The notes beneath the pieces were generated by a model. The model was not told the DNA's origin. It was given only the letters and a program-made list of their open reading frames with translations, and searched no databases. Of a DNA stretch of 64,000 nt, positions 11,668 to 25,869 are shown piece after piece (position 1 is the first letter of the stretch; every line of letters starts with the position of its first letter). The position numbers and the translations under genes were made by a program. Location of the stretch: assembly GCF_006345805.1 (NCBI RefSeq), contig NC_042998.1, forward strand, positions 169,260,001-169,324,000, read 5' to 3'. Origin of the DNA: Octopus sinensis. Its lineage: Eukaryota.

Positions 11668-12370
11668 ATGTGGAATGAAAGGGGCATTAAACATGACACC
11701 AAAGTACAGGTCTATAAAGCTGTAACTCTTACTACTCTCTTGTATAGCTCAGCATCGTAGATAACTTGTAGATGACACATTAGCCAAAGAGACATCTCCC
11801 ACAAAGGCTGTCTCAGGACAATCTGCGGTTATTCACTAAAAGACAGAGCTTCTAATGCCGACCTGTTTACCAAGAGTAATATTAATGGAATAGAGAGCTT
11901 CCTTATGCAGTCACAGTTGCGCTGGGCTGGCCATGTCAGAATGAGTGATGAAAGAATACCCAAAGTCCTCATGTACAGTTAGCTTGATAGTAAGCACAGG
12001 AATGTTGGTCGACCATGGCTCAGATATAAGGACAATCTAAAGAGTAACCTCTTAGCAGTGAAGATAGCTCTCAACACCTTTGAGTGAACAGCTTTTGGAG
12101 CGAACAAAATGGAGATCGTTGTGTCAAAATGGTATTAGAAACTTTGTTGCAACCAGCATTAACAGGCTTCGGGGTGCAAAGCAAAGGAGAAATGTGGTTG
12201 CAAATATACGACCTGCACTGACCTGTAATCCTCATTCTTGCAGCATTTATGGGCTCCTTTGCAAATCGTAGGCGGGACTTAAATGGCACATTCGACATAA
12301 GCATTATGACTGACAAAGAAAAAGTAGGTTGTCGGATCCTCAAACGTCGAAACCGACGGGAGGGTCCATC
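11668..12370 (+). mobile_element. RTE-clade LINE 3' fragment
   Basis: TKVQVYKAVTLTTLLYS, SQLRWAGHVRMSDERIPK, GRPWLRYKDNLK, ERTKWRSLC and a Cys/His-rich end; stops present. Confidence 0.85.
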
Positions 12371-12535
12371 ATATTCATATACACAACGAGCTTTCCGACC
12401 CTTTCCGTCTATCAAATTCACACACAAGGCATTCGGGACTATAATAGAAGACACTTGCCCATGGAGTCGTCCAGTGGGATTGAACCTGAAACCACGAGGT
12501 TGCAAAGCTTCTTAGCCACGCATTCATACCCGCGC
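12370..12535 (-). mobile_element. SINE-A head fragment
   Basis: tttccgtctatcaaattcacacacaaggcat...gaagacacttgccc...gtgggattgaacc matches the family A head. Confidence 0.7.
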
Positions 12536-13809
12536 CTATACTACACAGCCATGCTTGTGCCTATGTTATAAGGATATTTTGATGAATTTAAGATAATGCC
12601 TGTCTCGTTTTTAATAATTGATTCGGTCTTTTTGTGATGTAAACATAATTTTTGGCTGGTGAAGTCATAATTCGTTTAAATTCATGATTTTGTTATAGCG
12701 TCTCCGAAACCAGTAGCAATTATTACAGCATCTGTATCTTTCAGATTACACGCGCCAAGATGACTGGTTATTAAATTACAAAGTTAGAAACATCTGTTCT
12801 GTCTTTAAATTATGCTTTCAGCATTCGTTTCCTAACAAATCTAAAACCATTACAATAAAAATTCACCAAATATTTCAATATGAAACCCTTTGTTTCTATA
12901 TTCGTTTAGTTTAAAATTCTACTATATAGCCTTTACTGGAAGTAATAAAACCCATTCTAACATCCGTTAAGCTCACTGGCAATAAATTAAACAACTGAAT
13001 TAGAAATTATTTCACATTCTGAAAAATCACTCTTCTCGTTTCGAGTAAATTCAGGTACTAAAAAAAAAAAAATATTTCAGCTCGAACTGGAGTTGACAAT
13101 AAAATATATCATGTAAAAATCTGTTCTGTATGCATATTTAGATACTGCCATAAGGAGTAAAATAACGAAATTTTGATATGAAAATGGCAGTTATTTCAAT
13201 AAAAACAACTAGTTTTACTGCAAGCCATTTAATTTGTAATATTTTCAAAATAAATATCCTTGAAGTGATTAAGATTTCACTTTTAGGAAGCAAGTAACTT
13301 TATTGATTTAAATTTTGGTTTGATATTTCTAAATGATCTATCACCCAGTGAGAAAGTATAATTATATTTTTTTATTCAGACTTGAACTAGTTAAAATACC
13401 ATCTCGCATATATTTTCTCTCGGGAAAAATATAATAAAATACATGAATATAAAATTAATATAATTGCCTTACCATTTTATATAATATTTGCTTGAAACAG
13501 TTTATACCTCTCACTTGCTTTACCTTTACCTTATGTCTGGGGTACAGAACGAAAAGTTCTGTTCACCCAACGAAGCATAGCAACAGCTAATGAAAATTGT
13601 AGATTCTCAGAAATCTAGAATAAGAAAAGTCATTAGCACATGGTAGTGCTAATAATAACAAGGCTAATTCTTTCTAAACACTAGAGAAAAGATACGTCTT
13701 GGAAAAAAATGACAGGTGAAAATATTAACTGATATTTATTTTATCGTTTCCTAAGATATTTGAATGCAGAAATAAAGGTGGATAACTAATTACTGTACGA
13801 TATTTTGTC

Positions 13810-14450
13810 CAGCTTCCTACTACTTCCATTCATCTTTTCTGCCACCTATTCCTGGGTCGGTCCTGGTGTAGAGACTTCAGGCACCTCTTCCATATTAGAA
13901 GTAACGGCATTTAAATTTTCCGGCTGATTTCCCAGATGTCACCAACTATCTAATCACCTCGTTCTTGGTCTACACCTAGATCTCTTACTGGTTGAATCGG
14001 TTTGAAGAATCCGTCTTGCGATTTTTTTCCTGTGACATTCTAATCACATGTTCGTAGTGCCGGAGCTGTGATCTCTCAATGCGGAGAAGTTGTAGCTCGA
14101 CGTGGAGCGACTACCTGATCTCCAAGCTTTGCACCCTGTTGAGTAAAGTCAATCCGAAGATCCTTCGGAAAATCCCTCTTGTAATCTCGATCGCACTCTT
14201 TGTCATTACCCAACATTCGTAACCATAGGTGAGAACAGGTACGAAAATCCAATTAAAAATAGCGAGCTTATCTCCTTTAACAATCTCTCTTCCTCTGAGG
14301 ATCGAATGCTGGAACTAGCGCATGCATTACTGTACCAGTACTTGCAAATCTAGCATCTAATTCAGCCTCCTGTCACCCATCACTCATGAATGCGGCGCCG
14401 AAATACTTAAACTTCTCTACTTTTTACAGTTGCGTTCCATAAACATGCAG
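13810..14450 (-). mobile_element. RTE-like LINE 3' fragment
   Basis: Minus-strand remnants KVEKFKYFG, LLRIERSQLRHYEHVIRM, RPRTRWLD. Confidence 0.7.
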
Positions 14451-14519
14451 TTACAAAATAAAAATTATATTTTCTTTATGTCATCATTAACAACATTTTT
14501 ACGATATTACTTTCAAATG

Positions 14520-14720
14520 TTGGTACAAGGCTAGCAATTTCGAGGGAGGGTGCCAGTCGATTACATTGACTCCATTAGTCACCTGTTATTTATTTCATCG
14601 ACCCCGAAAGGATGAAAGGCAAAGTCAACATCGATAGAATCTGAATTCAGAACGTAAAGACGGACGAAATGTCGCTAAGCATTTTTGTCCGGTGTTGCTA
14701 ACGCGTCCGCTAATTCGCTG
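14520..14720 (-). mobile_element. SINE-B, diverged
   Basis: atcgaccccgaaaggatgaaaggcaaagtc...tcagaacgtaa...gaaatg core and head. Confidence 0.75.
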
Positions 14721-15013
14721 CTTTCAACTTGTTCACTATATTGTTGGAGTAAATAATTTATGTATTTCTGTGAACCTGCTCGAAAACCATTTAGAATTCG
14801 ATTTACAGACAATTAAACTACATACGAACTTCAATACTTTTTCTGTACTTCGACAATTTGATTACAAGTCCTAATTTCTGAATTAATCACTACAAAAATA
14901 CAAAATTGAAGAAGTCAATTTAATTCATTACGCAGATACCATGTGGTTTATATTCCATAATTCGTGGCATTGGTCAATCAAATATGCATTTGTAATTATT
15001 TTATTAGTTTTAA

Positions 15014-15372
15014 TCTCTCTATATATAAAGCTGAAGTTGTCTGTGTATGGCAGGTTTGGTAGCCTTCAACTAACACTATCTCCTCCGAGACCCTGCAGCG
15101 CAAGTTGACCAAAATTGAGAGTATGATAGAAGAAGGCTTGCTCTTTCTTCCGTAGAAGAAAAAATTCAAATCGGACCATGTTAACACCAAAAATTATTTA
15201 CATCAAAAAGGTCCTTTTTTTCTATGAAAATCCCTATTTTTTACGATTTTTTTCGGTCTATTTGAACCAGAAAAATGTTCAACAAGCTACATAATGCACA
15301 TTTTTTACTTTTCAAAAATTCTAATTCTAAAGGGTCGAAAAAAACCCGAGCAACGCCGGGCGATACTGCTAG
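15014..15372 (+). mobile_element. Non-autonomous Helitron
   Basis: 5' A|TCTCTCTATATATAAAG, 3' hairpin cccgagcaacgccggg followed by CTAG|T; no TSD; inserted at an AT site. Confidence 0.85.
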
Positions 15373-16259
15373 TATATGATAGAAGGACAAAATGGACTAA
15401 CCAGAGCAGGAAGATACAAGTGGACGGAAAGGATCGCTGAAGAGATCACAGATGTGTGACTAAAGATTTCCAGACAATGGACATAAGATAAAATAAGAAC
15501 AGTAATAAACAAATGAAGAACAAATATAGAGTGCGTGTGTTTATTTGGCCAAAAAAAAATGACCATTCCGATATATAACAATATATGTTTCAACACACGG
15601 TTTCACATCAGGAATCTTGCATCACAAATTCATAAACGTAATATGAATACTCCTAATTTTTTGGTGAAGCAAAACATTTCAGATTAAAGGGCAAATAGTT
15701 TACTCAAAATATGACTGCACTAATTAATCAATTAAACAATTGATCTATAAATAAAATCTAAAATACTGACCTCTTGAAAATTAATTTGAAATCTTGAAAT
15801 TCATATGAATTAATTAGAAAGATTTTTTTTATTTTGTTTATTTTTGTCAAATCACAGTAATTTTTGTTCAACAATTCTTTGGATATTCTATTCTATTTTG
15901 TCACGATTAGGCATTTCTTTAAGCAACTAAACTGGCGAATATTTATAATTAGAAACATAAGAAGAATTTTTTCTTAATTGTTAGTAAAACAATGAAATTG
16001 TGAAAGACTAGCTTTTGTTATTGTCGTATAGAAGTATTTGAAGTGCTTTTTAATATGAATATACCATTGGAGAGAAATATGAAAATGCTATGACAGTTAT
16101 AGCTAAAATTGCATAGGAAACCTTTATTATGTGGATAATCATACAAGTGATTAACAAATTATTTACTTTCGGCTAAGGCTGAGAAAATACTCAAATCAGT
16201 TCATCATTTATATTAATGGAAAAGCTTTCACTATTTTATTACAATTTTCACAATTATAA

Positions 16260-18415
16260 TTGTTGTTGTTGTTGTTGTTGTTTAAATCTCAGACACTTAA
16301 ACGGTCCGAAATTTTCAGTTAGGAAGCAATCAACAAGTTGACAAATGTCCCTTATTGCTTCCTCTCCTGTGCTTTACAAAGAAAAGACTTGCTTAGAAAT
16401 CCTTGCTGCACTAGGCGGTGCTATCTTCTGCGTGAAATTGCATCAATTTGGATTTTGTTTACACAGTCCTCAAAATTGTCCGATATGCATCTCAATGCTC
16501 CGATCACTACGGAAATCACTAAAACCTTCATCCCCCACGAATTACCAGCATCCTCCTTCAGTGGTTCATACTTCTCCATCTTTTCATGCTCTTTATCTTT
16601 CACTCTACTATCTCCTTGAGCATAGATATCGATAATATGGGCCTCCTTTTCTTTCTTCTTGGCAAATACAATGTCCAACCTTCCTGCCTCAAACATTCTA
16701 TCACATTGAATGGTGAAGTCCTACAAAAGCTTAAATTTGCCATTCTCTAGCACTCCTGCTGGTTTCTACTTATGCCATTTAGCTGCTCTGGCATACCCAC
16801 ATTTCTCAGGCACCATCCAGTGGATATATTTGGCAACATTATCATGTTACCTTTTATACTCTCGCTCTGCCAACTTAATACATTCGCTTACAAGACGGTT
16901 GACCGTTTCTCCTTTAGTTCCACACATACTACATAAAGTTTTGTTGATTCGTTTGTTTTGTCAGCATATTGTTTAATGTAGTTAGTCCGGAGAGCCTGCT
17001 CCTGAATGTTGCACACAAGAGCTTCACTGCATCCTTTAAAATTACCATTTCTAAGTTACGACCGACTTTTATCCCAAACAATGCCTATTTAATCTTTAGT
17101 TTATGCTCGTGCATAAGTTTGTCCTTCCATTCTTTTTCAAGTCTTTCTTTCACTCTCTTTATGCGATGCGTTTATTCGGTGTTCTTGGTGGTCCTTGTTG
17201 ATGGTATCTGAAAACAGTTTTTTTTTTCTCGTGTTTTGTAGATATTTGTACCTGTTTTCTTCTGTTCTGAGTTAGATTTTTCTGTAGTCCTACGGGGAAT
17301 ATTCTATAGTAATTTTCTAATTGTATAAAGCCTCTACCACATTCAGTTTGTTGTATATATAACCTTTCAATGTCAGATTTTGGGTGGTGTATTCTAAATA
17401 TCGACATTAATTTTCTTGTTTTTCTGTCTAGTTTGACCAGTTCAATTATTGTCCAGTTAAGAATATTGTTATTGTAACTTATATCTGGGACAGCTAGAGT
17501 ATTGATACTGTATTATCTTATCTAATATTCCTTCTATAATATAATATTCTTATAATATTCCTTCCTTATCGTCTATAATATTCCTTCCTTATCTTCTATA
17601 ATATTCCTTCCTTATCTTCTCTTTCATTGATTCCTATGTATTTGTATGTCTGAGTTCGATCTCATTTGTTTATTTCAATTTCTTTATTTAGTGTGATATT
17701 GTTATTCTTCAGCAGTTTTCCTCTTTTCAAAGTTAGTTTGGCTCATTTTTCTAAGCCGAATTTCATATTCATTTCTTTGGGAAAACTATGCACAGTCTAT
17801 AGTAATGTTTCTAGTCGTTTATCATTTGCAGTTTATAGCTCGAAATCATCCATGTACTAGAGATGGTTTATTTTTTACCATAGCAGTTGCATCCATATTC
17901 AGTTATGTTTAGCACGTCAGTTAAAGGCGTCAGAGCGACTCTCTTTGGACTATTTCTCTTCTAATCGAGATGTTTTTAGCTTTTATGATTCCCTCTAATT
18001 TGTAGCTGCAGAACTGTCTGTCATTTATTCGTGACATGTTTTACACATATTATTGTTGTTAGCGCTATCTTGTTCATGGTTAATGTTTCCAGGATCCATG
18101 TGTGGTGAATACTATCAAAAGCCATCTGGTAATCGATCCAAGCCAAGCTTACACCCTTCAGTTATCGCTTTGTGGATCAATAACTGGTCTTTACAGCAAT
18201 ATGAACCTTTGCAACATCCCTTCTGCTCTTCTGGAAATATGTTTTCTTCCGGCTGTTTGCTCATTCTCTGCGATGTTATTGCAGTTAACGTTTTGTAGAT
18301 TATGTGGAGACATGTCATGGGTCTGTAGCTTTTCGTTCTCATACCATTATTGTTATTATCATTTTCATTAGCATCTTCTTTCAATTCTTTCAATACTGTT
18401 TCCATTTCTTATCAA
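16260..18415 (-). mobile_element. R4/Dong-like non-LTR retrotransposon (RT plus restriction-like endonuclease), 5'-truncated and decayed
   Basis: YRPMTCL, PEEQKGC, CKDQLLI (RT); HPKSDIERLY; DRMFEAGRLDIV...IID...EKMEKY...VVIGAL (PD-D endonuclease); (AAC)n tail at about 16260-16280. Confidence 0.85.
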
Positions 18416-18419
18416 GTGT

Positions 18420-18965
18420 CTTTCTGAGACCTAGGGTAGAGAAACGTATTGTATACATTAGTAGGCCATTAAAATAAACACACTAGATTGTTCATTTAAA
18501 AAGTCATGTGATAAAGAAAAAGGGGAAGACAGAGAGAAAAAGGAAAAAGGAAAAAAATTAAATAAGTAAACAAATAAAATAGAGGAGGAAAACGGAAAGA
18601 AAACTCACGGCGAAAATGCTCTTCTCAATACGTGTGGTGTACCAGTTAAGACAATCTTTTGCACTTCCTGCATGGATGGTAGGTCAGGGATCATTCTTAA
18701 ATAATTTTCAGTTCCATTTTTGATCATTCCAAGTGCTCCTACAATCACTGGTATTGTAACCGTCTTGAGATACCACATCTTCTCGATTTCGATTAGCAAA
18801 TCTTTATATTTTCTGAGCTTATCAAATTGTTTTGCCGAGATATTATGGTCACTGGGTATGCTCATGTCAATCAATAAACAGACTTTATTGTTTTGGTCAT
18901 TCACAACAATATCTGGTTTATTTGCTTTCATGGTCCGGTCTGTACATACTGGGAAGCCCCATAAT
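18420..18965 (-). mobile_element. Second R4-like 3' end (endonuclease domain and 3' UTR)
   Basis: LWGFPVCTDRTMKANKPDIVV...LLIDMSIP...KYKDL...PVIVGALG...GTPHVLRR. Confidence 0.88.
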
Positions 18966-19400
18966 ATTATTATTGTTGTTGTTGTTAAAGATGTCGCACA
19001 GTTGTTGAATGAAGATATTATGTCTACTGAGCGTTTGTACTGTCTGTCAGGTCCCAACAAGGACCTCAGGCAGACAGTACTTTACGCAATATGCGCGCAG
19101 TTCCAAGTAATGCCGATTTTGGCAATACACCTAGATTCTTGATGTTTCTTCAGGTTGGGTGATATTGAACCCAATGCTCTGATGACAACAGGAACAATCT
19201 TTATGTTTGACTCTCGTAGCTGCCACATTTTGGCGATCTCAATCTTCAAGAGAAGTTTGAGGCGATCCAAATATGCAGTGATGACCTTGTCTTTCATTTC
19301 TCTATGCAAGATATTGTCCAGCTCCAAGATCCCAATGTACTTGTATCCATCATCATCCGGGTTTTCCATTCCCTCTCCGTTTGACAATTCTATATCACTA
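18966..19400 (-). mobile_element. Third R4-like 3' end with an internal deletion joining RT to endonuclease
   Basis: DGYKYIGILEL...YLDRLKLL fused to KIEIAKMWQL...VPVVIRALGS; (AAC)n(AAT)n tail. Confidence 0.75.
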
Positions 19401-19429
19401 CAATTTGCTCTTTTCCCCCGTTTTTAAGT

Positions 19430-19985
19430 GAGCACCGCACATTTTGTGATACCGAATTGCCAACCTCATTGCTCTTTGACCGATCTTTCATCAACAATGT
19501 TGTCTTTCCGGAACTGCACCACTTTGTAGGCAACGCAATTCGTTTGTGCGTTGATCTAAACCACTTAAGTCATTAGTCTTGAATTCCGTCTGGTCCTACC
19601 GCTTTCCAGTTCGGCTGTTTTGATACCTGTGCGATTACATTTTCAGTTGTTATGCGTACATGATCCTGTCGTGGAGACTCCGGGCGATGGAGTTCGGATC
19701 TCACGAAATGAATTCACTCGGCATCGTGGTTGTGGAAAACTCCTTGCCTCCAGCTATTCCAAAATGAGCGCTTTCCTCTGCTTCGAGGGGTATATTATCT
19801 TCTGTATCTCCTCCTAAACTCTTAAAAACCTGCCTCTAATTATTAGAGAATAACCTGTTTTGCTGGAACTGCGATATGCGATCAGTGTAGCGTTGCTCTT
19901 TTACTATTTTTTGCCCGCACACATTGTTTTACGGCTTCGATAACAGTTTTGAACCCTTTCTATTCTATTGGGTATTTTGCGCCAA
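19430..19985 (-). mobile_element. Probable N-terminal remnant of an R4-like element
   Basis: GC-richer decayed segment adjacent to the R4 stack; no diagnostic catalytic motif. Confidence 0.35.
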
Positions 19986-20214
19986 GATATGTCCTTGCAC
20001 CTCTTTTAACATTATTATTATTATTATCATCATCATCATCATAATTATAATTAAAGCAACAAATTAGCGGTATGTTCTGAGTTCAAATTTCACCTTCCGT
20101 CATTTCGGAATCGATAAAGTAGCATCCCAAGCTAGAATTTAGGTTAATTTAATCAGTTAAATCCTTCCCTCAAAATTGTTGGTCTTGCATTAATAATAGA
20201 AATTATTATTATTA

Positions 20215-20430
20215 TTAATATTGTTATTTGTTTATCACGCTGGGCAAAATGCTTAGCGGCATTTCGTCCGTCTCTACGTTCTGAGTTCAAATTCCGTCGG
20301 GCTCGACTTTGCTTTCATCTTTTCGGGGCCGATCAAATAAATATCATTTGAGCACTGGGGTAGATCTAATCGGCTAGCCCTCTCCTCCAAATTTCAGGCC
20401 TTGTGCCTATAGTAGAAAGAATTATTATTA
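20215..20430 (+). mobile_element. SINE-B with ggccttgtgcctatagtagaaa tail
   Basis: gggcaaaatgcttagcggcatttcgtc...gttctgagttcaaattcc...tttcatcttttcggggccgat. Confidence 0.8.
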
Positions 20431-23244
20431 GTATTTGTAGTGATAGTAATGGGGGGGGGTGTTTTCACTAGTGTCGGCAATGTGGTCAAACGATATTTTT
20501 TTCTCTCCTGTCAACAAGTTTGACATTTGAAAATGAGTGTTTTGAGGAAGCAATGATAGTAGTTATAGTAGAAACAATAAAGCTGCTGCTTGCCTTGACA
20601 GTTTTACTCGCCAAGACAAAAAGAAATTGTCTTTATCCGAATTTTTTTGGAAGAATTGCAAGTGAGAGTGTGTGGGGTGTGGGTGTGTGTATGTGGGGTG
20701 TGGGTGTGTGTATGTGGGGGGGGTTGGCTCTAGACAGCATTGAAGCAAAGAACAACATCACTATGAACAACACCGAGAGAGACGAAAATTAAGGTCAACT
20801 CTACTGTTTTCAATGACGAAAACTTGTCTGTTCAAGTGAAATGGGAAAGCGAAATGGCAGCTGGGTTTCACAACCAACACTACTACCACACCACCGCTCC
20901 GACTACGGTAGTAACAACAGCTTCAAAAAGTCTATAACAGAGCGATTGCTGGGACTAGAAAGATATGCAAAATCATTACATAAAAAGAAAATCAATGAGA
21001 ATCCAAGGATCTCGCACGAAAAGAGTAAAATAGCAAATAAACCGTTCCACAGGAAGTTGTGACATGTGCCAGGAGATGAATGAAAATGTACCGACGTATA
21101 GGAATTAAAAGTTGGTACATACAAAGCCGGCACAAACGCATATAGAGGATATCAGCCCTACTATTTAATTGTTATTGCTTTATCTACCCTGCAACGTAAC
21201 GCTAAGTCAATCCCGACGGGTTTAGAACTGGGAACGTGAGAAGACGTAACTATATACACCGAAGACATTTAATTCATAGACTCTGCTTTCTATCGCCCTA
21301 GTAATAATAGCAGCAACAAAACAACAACAGCAATAATATACAATAAACCTTGAATCAAAGAAACATTTTTTCATCAGAATTGCACACAATTTGTTTATAA
21401 AATCTCATAAAACTAAAGCATTTTTTAGCACCGGCATCTTTGAGGTTCCTTGTACAACAGATCCTTTTTTAATTCATTGCGTTATTGTCAAGAATCAAAT
21501 TCCACCAAGGTAGGAGAACCTCGCCTCTCTGCGTATCTTGTTTTCAACATTCCAAAAGCAACAAATTTAAAATTTTAATAAATAAAGGACCTTTAAAATG
21601 TTATTCATTCCCACTAAAATTTCGATCAATTTGCTTTCTATTTACAAACTTGTTCGGATGAAATGCGATAGTATGGCTTTTAATTAAAGTGGCAATACCA
21701 TTGCAGGTTTCCGTTTGGTTTAACGGCAATAATACGATCATCTGAGTGAAAAATTGTTTTAGGTTTGGAAATTGGTATCTTCTAATTCCTCTAGAAACAT
21801 AAAAATAACATCTGCTTTAAATGTGGTTGAAAATAAAACGTAACAAATCAGTAAGACGGAAGTGATGCCAGAAATTTCACCATACCTTTGGAAGCAAATA
21901 ATGCATTTTTTTTTCTTCTTAAATGTGAATTTATACTTCGTGAGAGTGATGTTGATATTGACTGATACTTGAAATATTCGTAGAGAGAGGAGGAAGTAAA
22001 CACTCAACGAGCCGAAAATGTGGGTAACGTTGATTCTCACTGGAAAATTAACTAATGTCATGACAAAAACAAAAAAAAAACAAATGAATATCATAACATT
22101 CTGTTTCCTCTTGTCGAAAATTTAAGGTTTGTGTCTATTCAAAACAAATTCAGTCAGCTGTATTTTTAATCACACTGAAGGAAAAATAATGCATGATACT
22201 GACGTTAATAAGTTTTTCGCCTCTGCAAACGAGGCACCGATAGTGTGCAGCGTCTCTCAAACCATTGTAAGCAAATTAATAATTGAAATATCTATAATTC
22301 GAAGAAAGAGATATCTAGTTTCTCCGGTGAAGCACTTCATAAGCTAGCTGTTGCACTAGTTATGAAAGCCAACTGTTATTCGAATTGATCTGTTGGAGAC
22401 GTGCTAGATGTCGCGTAGTCAGGTTTTAGGCTCACAATGAGGCGACGTGTATTTCCAAACCCGTTAACGACGGTTGGTATCGTTCTGAAGAAGACTGCTA
22501 TGATATCTGATAACAATATCGATATGGTTGAATAGCCACTGTCTTCAAAATGACTAGAAATGATTCTGACAGCAACAACGTAACTCTGCTTTGTTTAGTG
22601 AAATATCAGTATGCGTGCTCCAAATTGGCTAAATTCTTCTCTGTATCAGTCTTAAGGGCGAACCTCATGCCAGACGAAGCAATTTCATTCGCCAAAAATA
22701 ACCAAGAAAAAGAACTAATCATATCGTGTCCTTAGTATTTGCTACTACGACGAATAAATTATATATGTGTAGAGAACATCCGCCACACAGTTATAATTTG
22801 TCAGCTTGCAGTTAGGTACAACGTGGATTTGTGGCGTTATCCTCAACTATTCTTTGGAAAAGCTATACCTACATACGGGTTCTATCATTGATCAATATAA
22901 TTGTCGAACATAACTTGTAAAGTGTTATATTTTTCAGTATACATAATAGAAAAGTGGTGTAATTCAACTCAAAGCTGCGATCTCCCGTCTACCACAAGTT
23001 TTCTTTTCACAAAACTTGTGTTTTAATTCAAAATCCCTTTAAAGTAGCGTTGATCATTCCTCCTTATATAATATATTTAACTTAAATACTCATACTTAAT
23101 GTTTCAATACGTTTTATTACATATGTTGCAACGAAATAATATTTCGCTGCTAAGTTCACTAATATAAAAAAAAAAACATGAATGTTACGATGTGCTATTT
23201 ATCTTCATATAAAGTATTAGAATATATGTCAATATAAAACAATG

Positions 23245-23910
23245 TATTAATATTGGTTTCAAGTTTTAGCACATGGCCAGCAATTTCAGGTGAAGTGGGT
23301 AAGTCGATTAGATCGACCCCCCAGGATTCAACTTATTTTAGTGACCCCGAAAAGATGAAAGGCAAAGTCGACCTCGGCGGAATTTGAATCCAGGACGTAA
23401 CGACGGACAGAATGCTGCTAAGCATTTTGCCTGGTGTGCTAACAATTCTGCCAGATCGCCGCCTAAACAACATAATATTACTGATGGATAAAAAGGCGGC
23501 AAACTAGCAGAATTGTTAGTACACAGGGCAAAATGCTTAGCGACATTTCTTCTGTCTGTACACTCTAGGTTCAAATTACGCCGAGGTCAACTTTGCCTTT
23601 CATCCTTTCGGAGGTCGATAAATTAAGTACCAGTTGATAATCGACTAAGACTCTCCTCCCAAAAATTCCTGGCCTTGTGCGAAAATGTGGAACTAATATT
23701 ACTGGCGGACACAGGTGGTGAGCTGGTAGAATCGTTAGCGCACCGGGCAAAACGCTTAGCGGCATTTCGTCTGTCTTTATATTCTGAGTTTATATACTAC
23801 CGAGATGAGTTTTGCATTTCATCCTTTCGAGGTTGATAAATCGACTTGATGTAATCGACTTACTGCTTTCCTCGAAATTATTGGCCTTGTACCAAAATTT
23901 GAAATCAATA
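23245..23910. mobile_element. Cluster of three SINE-B copies (about 23245-23465 minus, 23490-23695 plus, 23705-23910 plus)
   Basis: Repeated head (gcagaattgttag, gctggtagaatcgttagcgcaccgggc), core tttcatcctttcg and ggccttgtg tails. Confidence 0.8.
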
Positions 23911-25869
23911 TTACTGGTGGATAACGGGATGTTTGGGGGAGTTGGCATTTTATTTTCAACAATCTGATACTGCTCTTGTATTCATTTCCGGCTATAAGTA
24001 GTATCATCATTTTCAGGAATCTATTTGTTAGGAAATGATCTTGAGCTATTTCATCCTGATCTTGATAAGCAATGGCTTCCCGTTCTTGATAAGCAATGGC
24101 TCTTGGATAATTTGTTGTTCATATGCCAGTTTTATCATATGTTCAACATCGTTAATAACTATCTTTTATTTCTCTGAATATTTTTGTATCATTTTCAGTC
24201 AGGTCCTTTTCGCTGTCATTTACTTTCGATTTTCGTGGCTGAAGACATATTTAGTAGACAAACGCTAAGATTCTTGAGGGAAAGCATGAAACACAAAAGA
24301 AAGCTAAAATTTCTCGATGTGTGTTATTGAAAATAACTATAATCACAATAATGCAATCCATTCATATTACTAGCCAAAAATTTTTCGAGATTTTAATAGT
24401 AGATAACTTATTTTTCTCTATATCTAGACTAATAATAAACTTTATTCAATATCTGAATTTTGAATTCAGAATATACATAGGTTACATTGAGATTCAGACA
24501 GTTGCAAATAGAATTAAATTATCTTTGCAAATAGAATTTCTTTTATAGGATTGTGGATTATGTAAGTCTTATACGCTTTAGTATTTTTATTATAGTTCAC
24601 GTATTATAGTGTATTATCTGAGAAATGCCAGGAATATACATGGTGGATTCAATTTACAGTATACTTTTCACCTACAAAATTAGCTTGGACAAGATAAACA
24701 TTAACAAACCTTTTCAGGTAACTGAAGACTCTGAAAATTGTAAATAAATAGTATCTTAGCAGTCTTTTAGTAGTAGAGAGCATTGTACAATACTGTATCA
24801 ACACACGATACAATTACCAGTCGTAGCAAGTTGGTAGATAGTTATCTGAATAATTGCTTATACAGAAGGAAATAAATATATTGGAAAAGGAGTAATTGGG
24901 GTATTTCAGTTCGATAGGTTCATTAGATTATGAGAGTGAATTAAATTCTACTCAAGCGGAGAGAAAAGTAATGCTTCTGTTTTCTACACTATTCATCTCA
25001 AGATCTGGCCAATTTTCTAAAAGTAATATTTCGCTTGCAGATAAATATTCAGTCTAAAGTTATATTATCTTCATGAATTTCAATTAATATCCAAGGAAAG
25101 AAACAATACAGAGGGAGGAACAAATCTGCTTTGGCTCAGAACTAAACAGCTGATGTCCTGTCTGAACGTATTCAATCTATATCTAAATCAAATTGTTTGG
25201 AGATGGGTTCGTTGCACGAAAGTTGTATATGTATACAAATACTAATGCAGAACAATTGAAAATCATAAGACCTTAAAACGAATAAAGGTAATAATAACTT
25301 CCATCTTTAACCAATATGTTGAAAATATGCATAGACTTCATATTCTGTTACTTTTGTCAAATTCAATAGAAATATATTTCAATCCTAACATTATTTCATA
25401 CCTAATGGACTTCCATGAAAGCAGCGAGTAAAGGAATCTGATATTTCTTACTGAAACATTGACATTAGATTGTTTCATATATAGACACTAGTAACATCGA
25501 TAAGACTGTGCTAACTTCCTAGATAGAGATCACTTATTAGGTTGAGATTGGTCATCAGACTTCATGGTTTACAGAACTAGATCAGACGATCATATTTCAT
25601 TCATGTTTTCAACTATTAAAATTGTTTCGGTTGCTGTGCATAATGGTTCCCTTACCAAGAAGATCGTTACTAACTTCGCAAAAATCTTTTAACCAACTGC
25701 TCTTCAACTATGATATTTCCGTAATTAGAAAATTCTTTCATTCATTTTGCTTCCAATTCCAAAACCTCTCCTGAAGATTTCTCCGAAACCTACCAATCAC
25801 TTCCTCGTATATTCACACATGCATGTGTATATACATGCATGTGTGTATATGAGTATATAATCGCTCCAA

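Noticed and set aside
20520-21133. Moderately GC-rich ORF-containing stretch
   Set aside because: No recognisable domain or splice structure; could be a decayed LINE linker but is not supportable.
21759-22094. 111-aa hydrophobic ORF suggesting a membrane protein
   Set aside because: Spans poly-T and poly-A runs; hydrophobicity is expected from T-rich DNA and no family was recognised.
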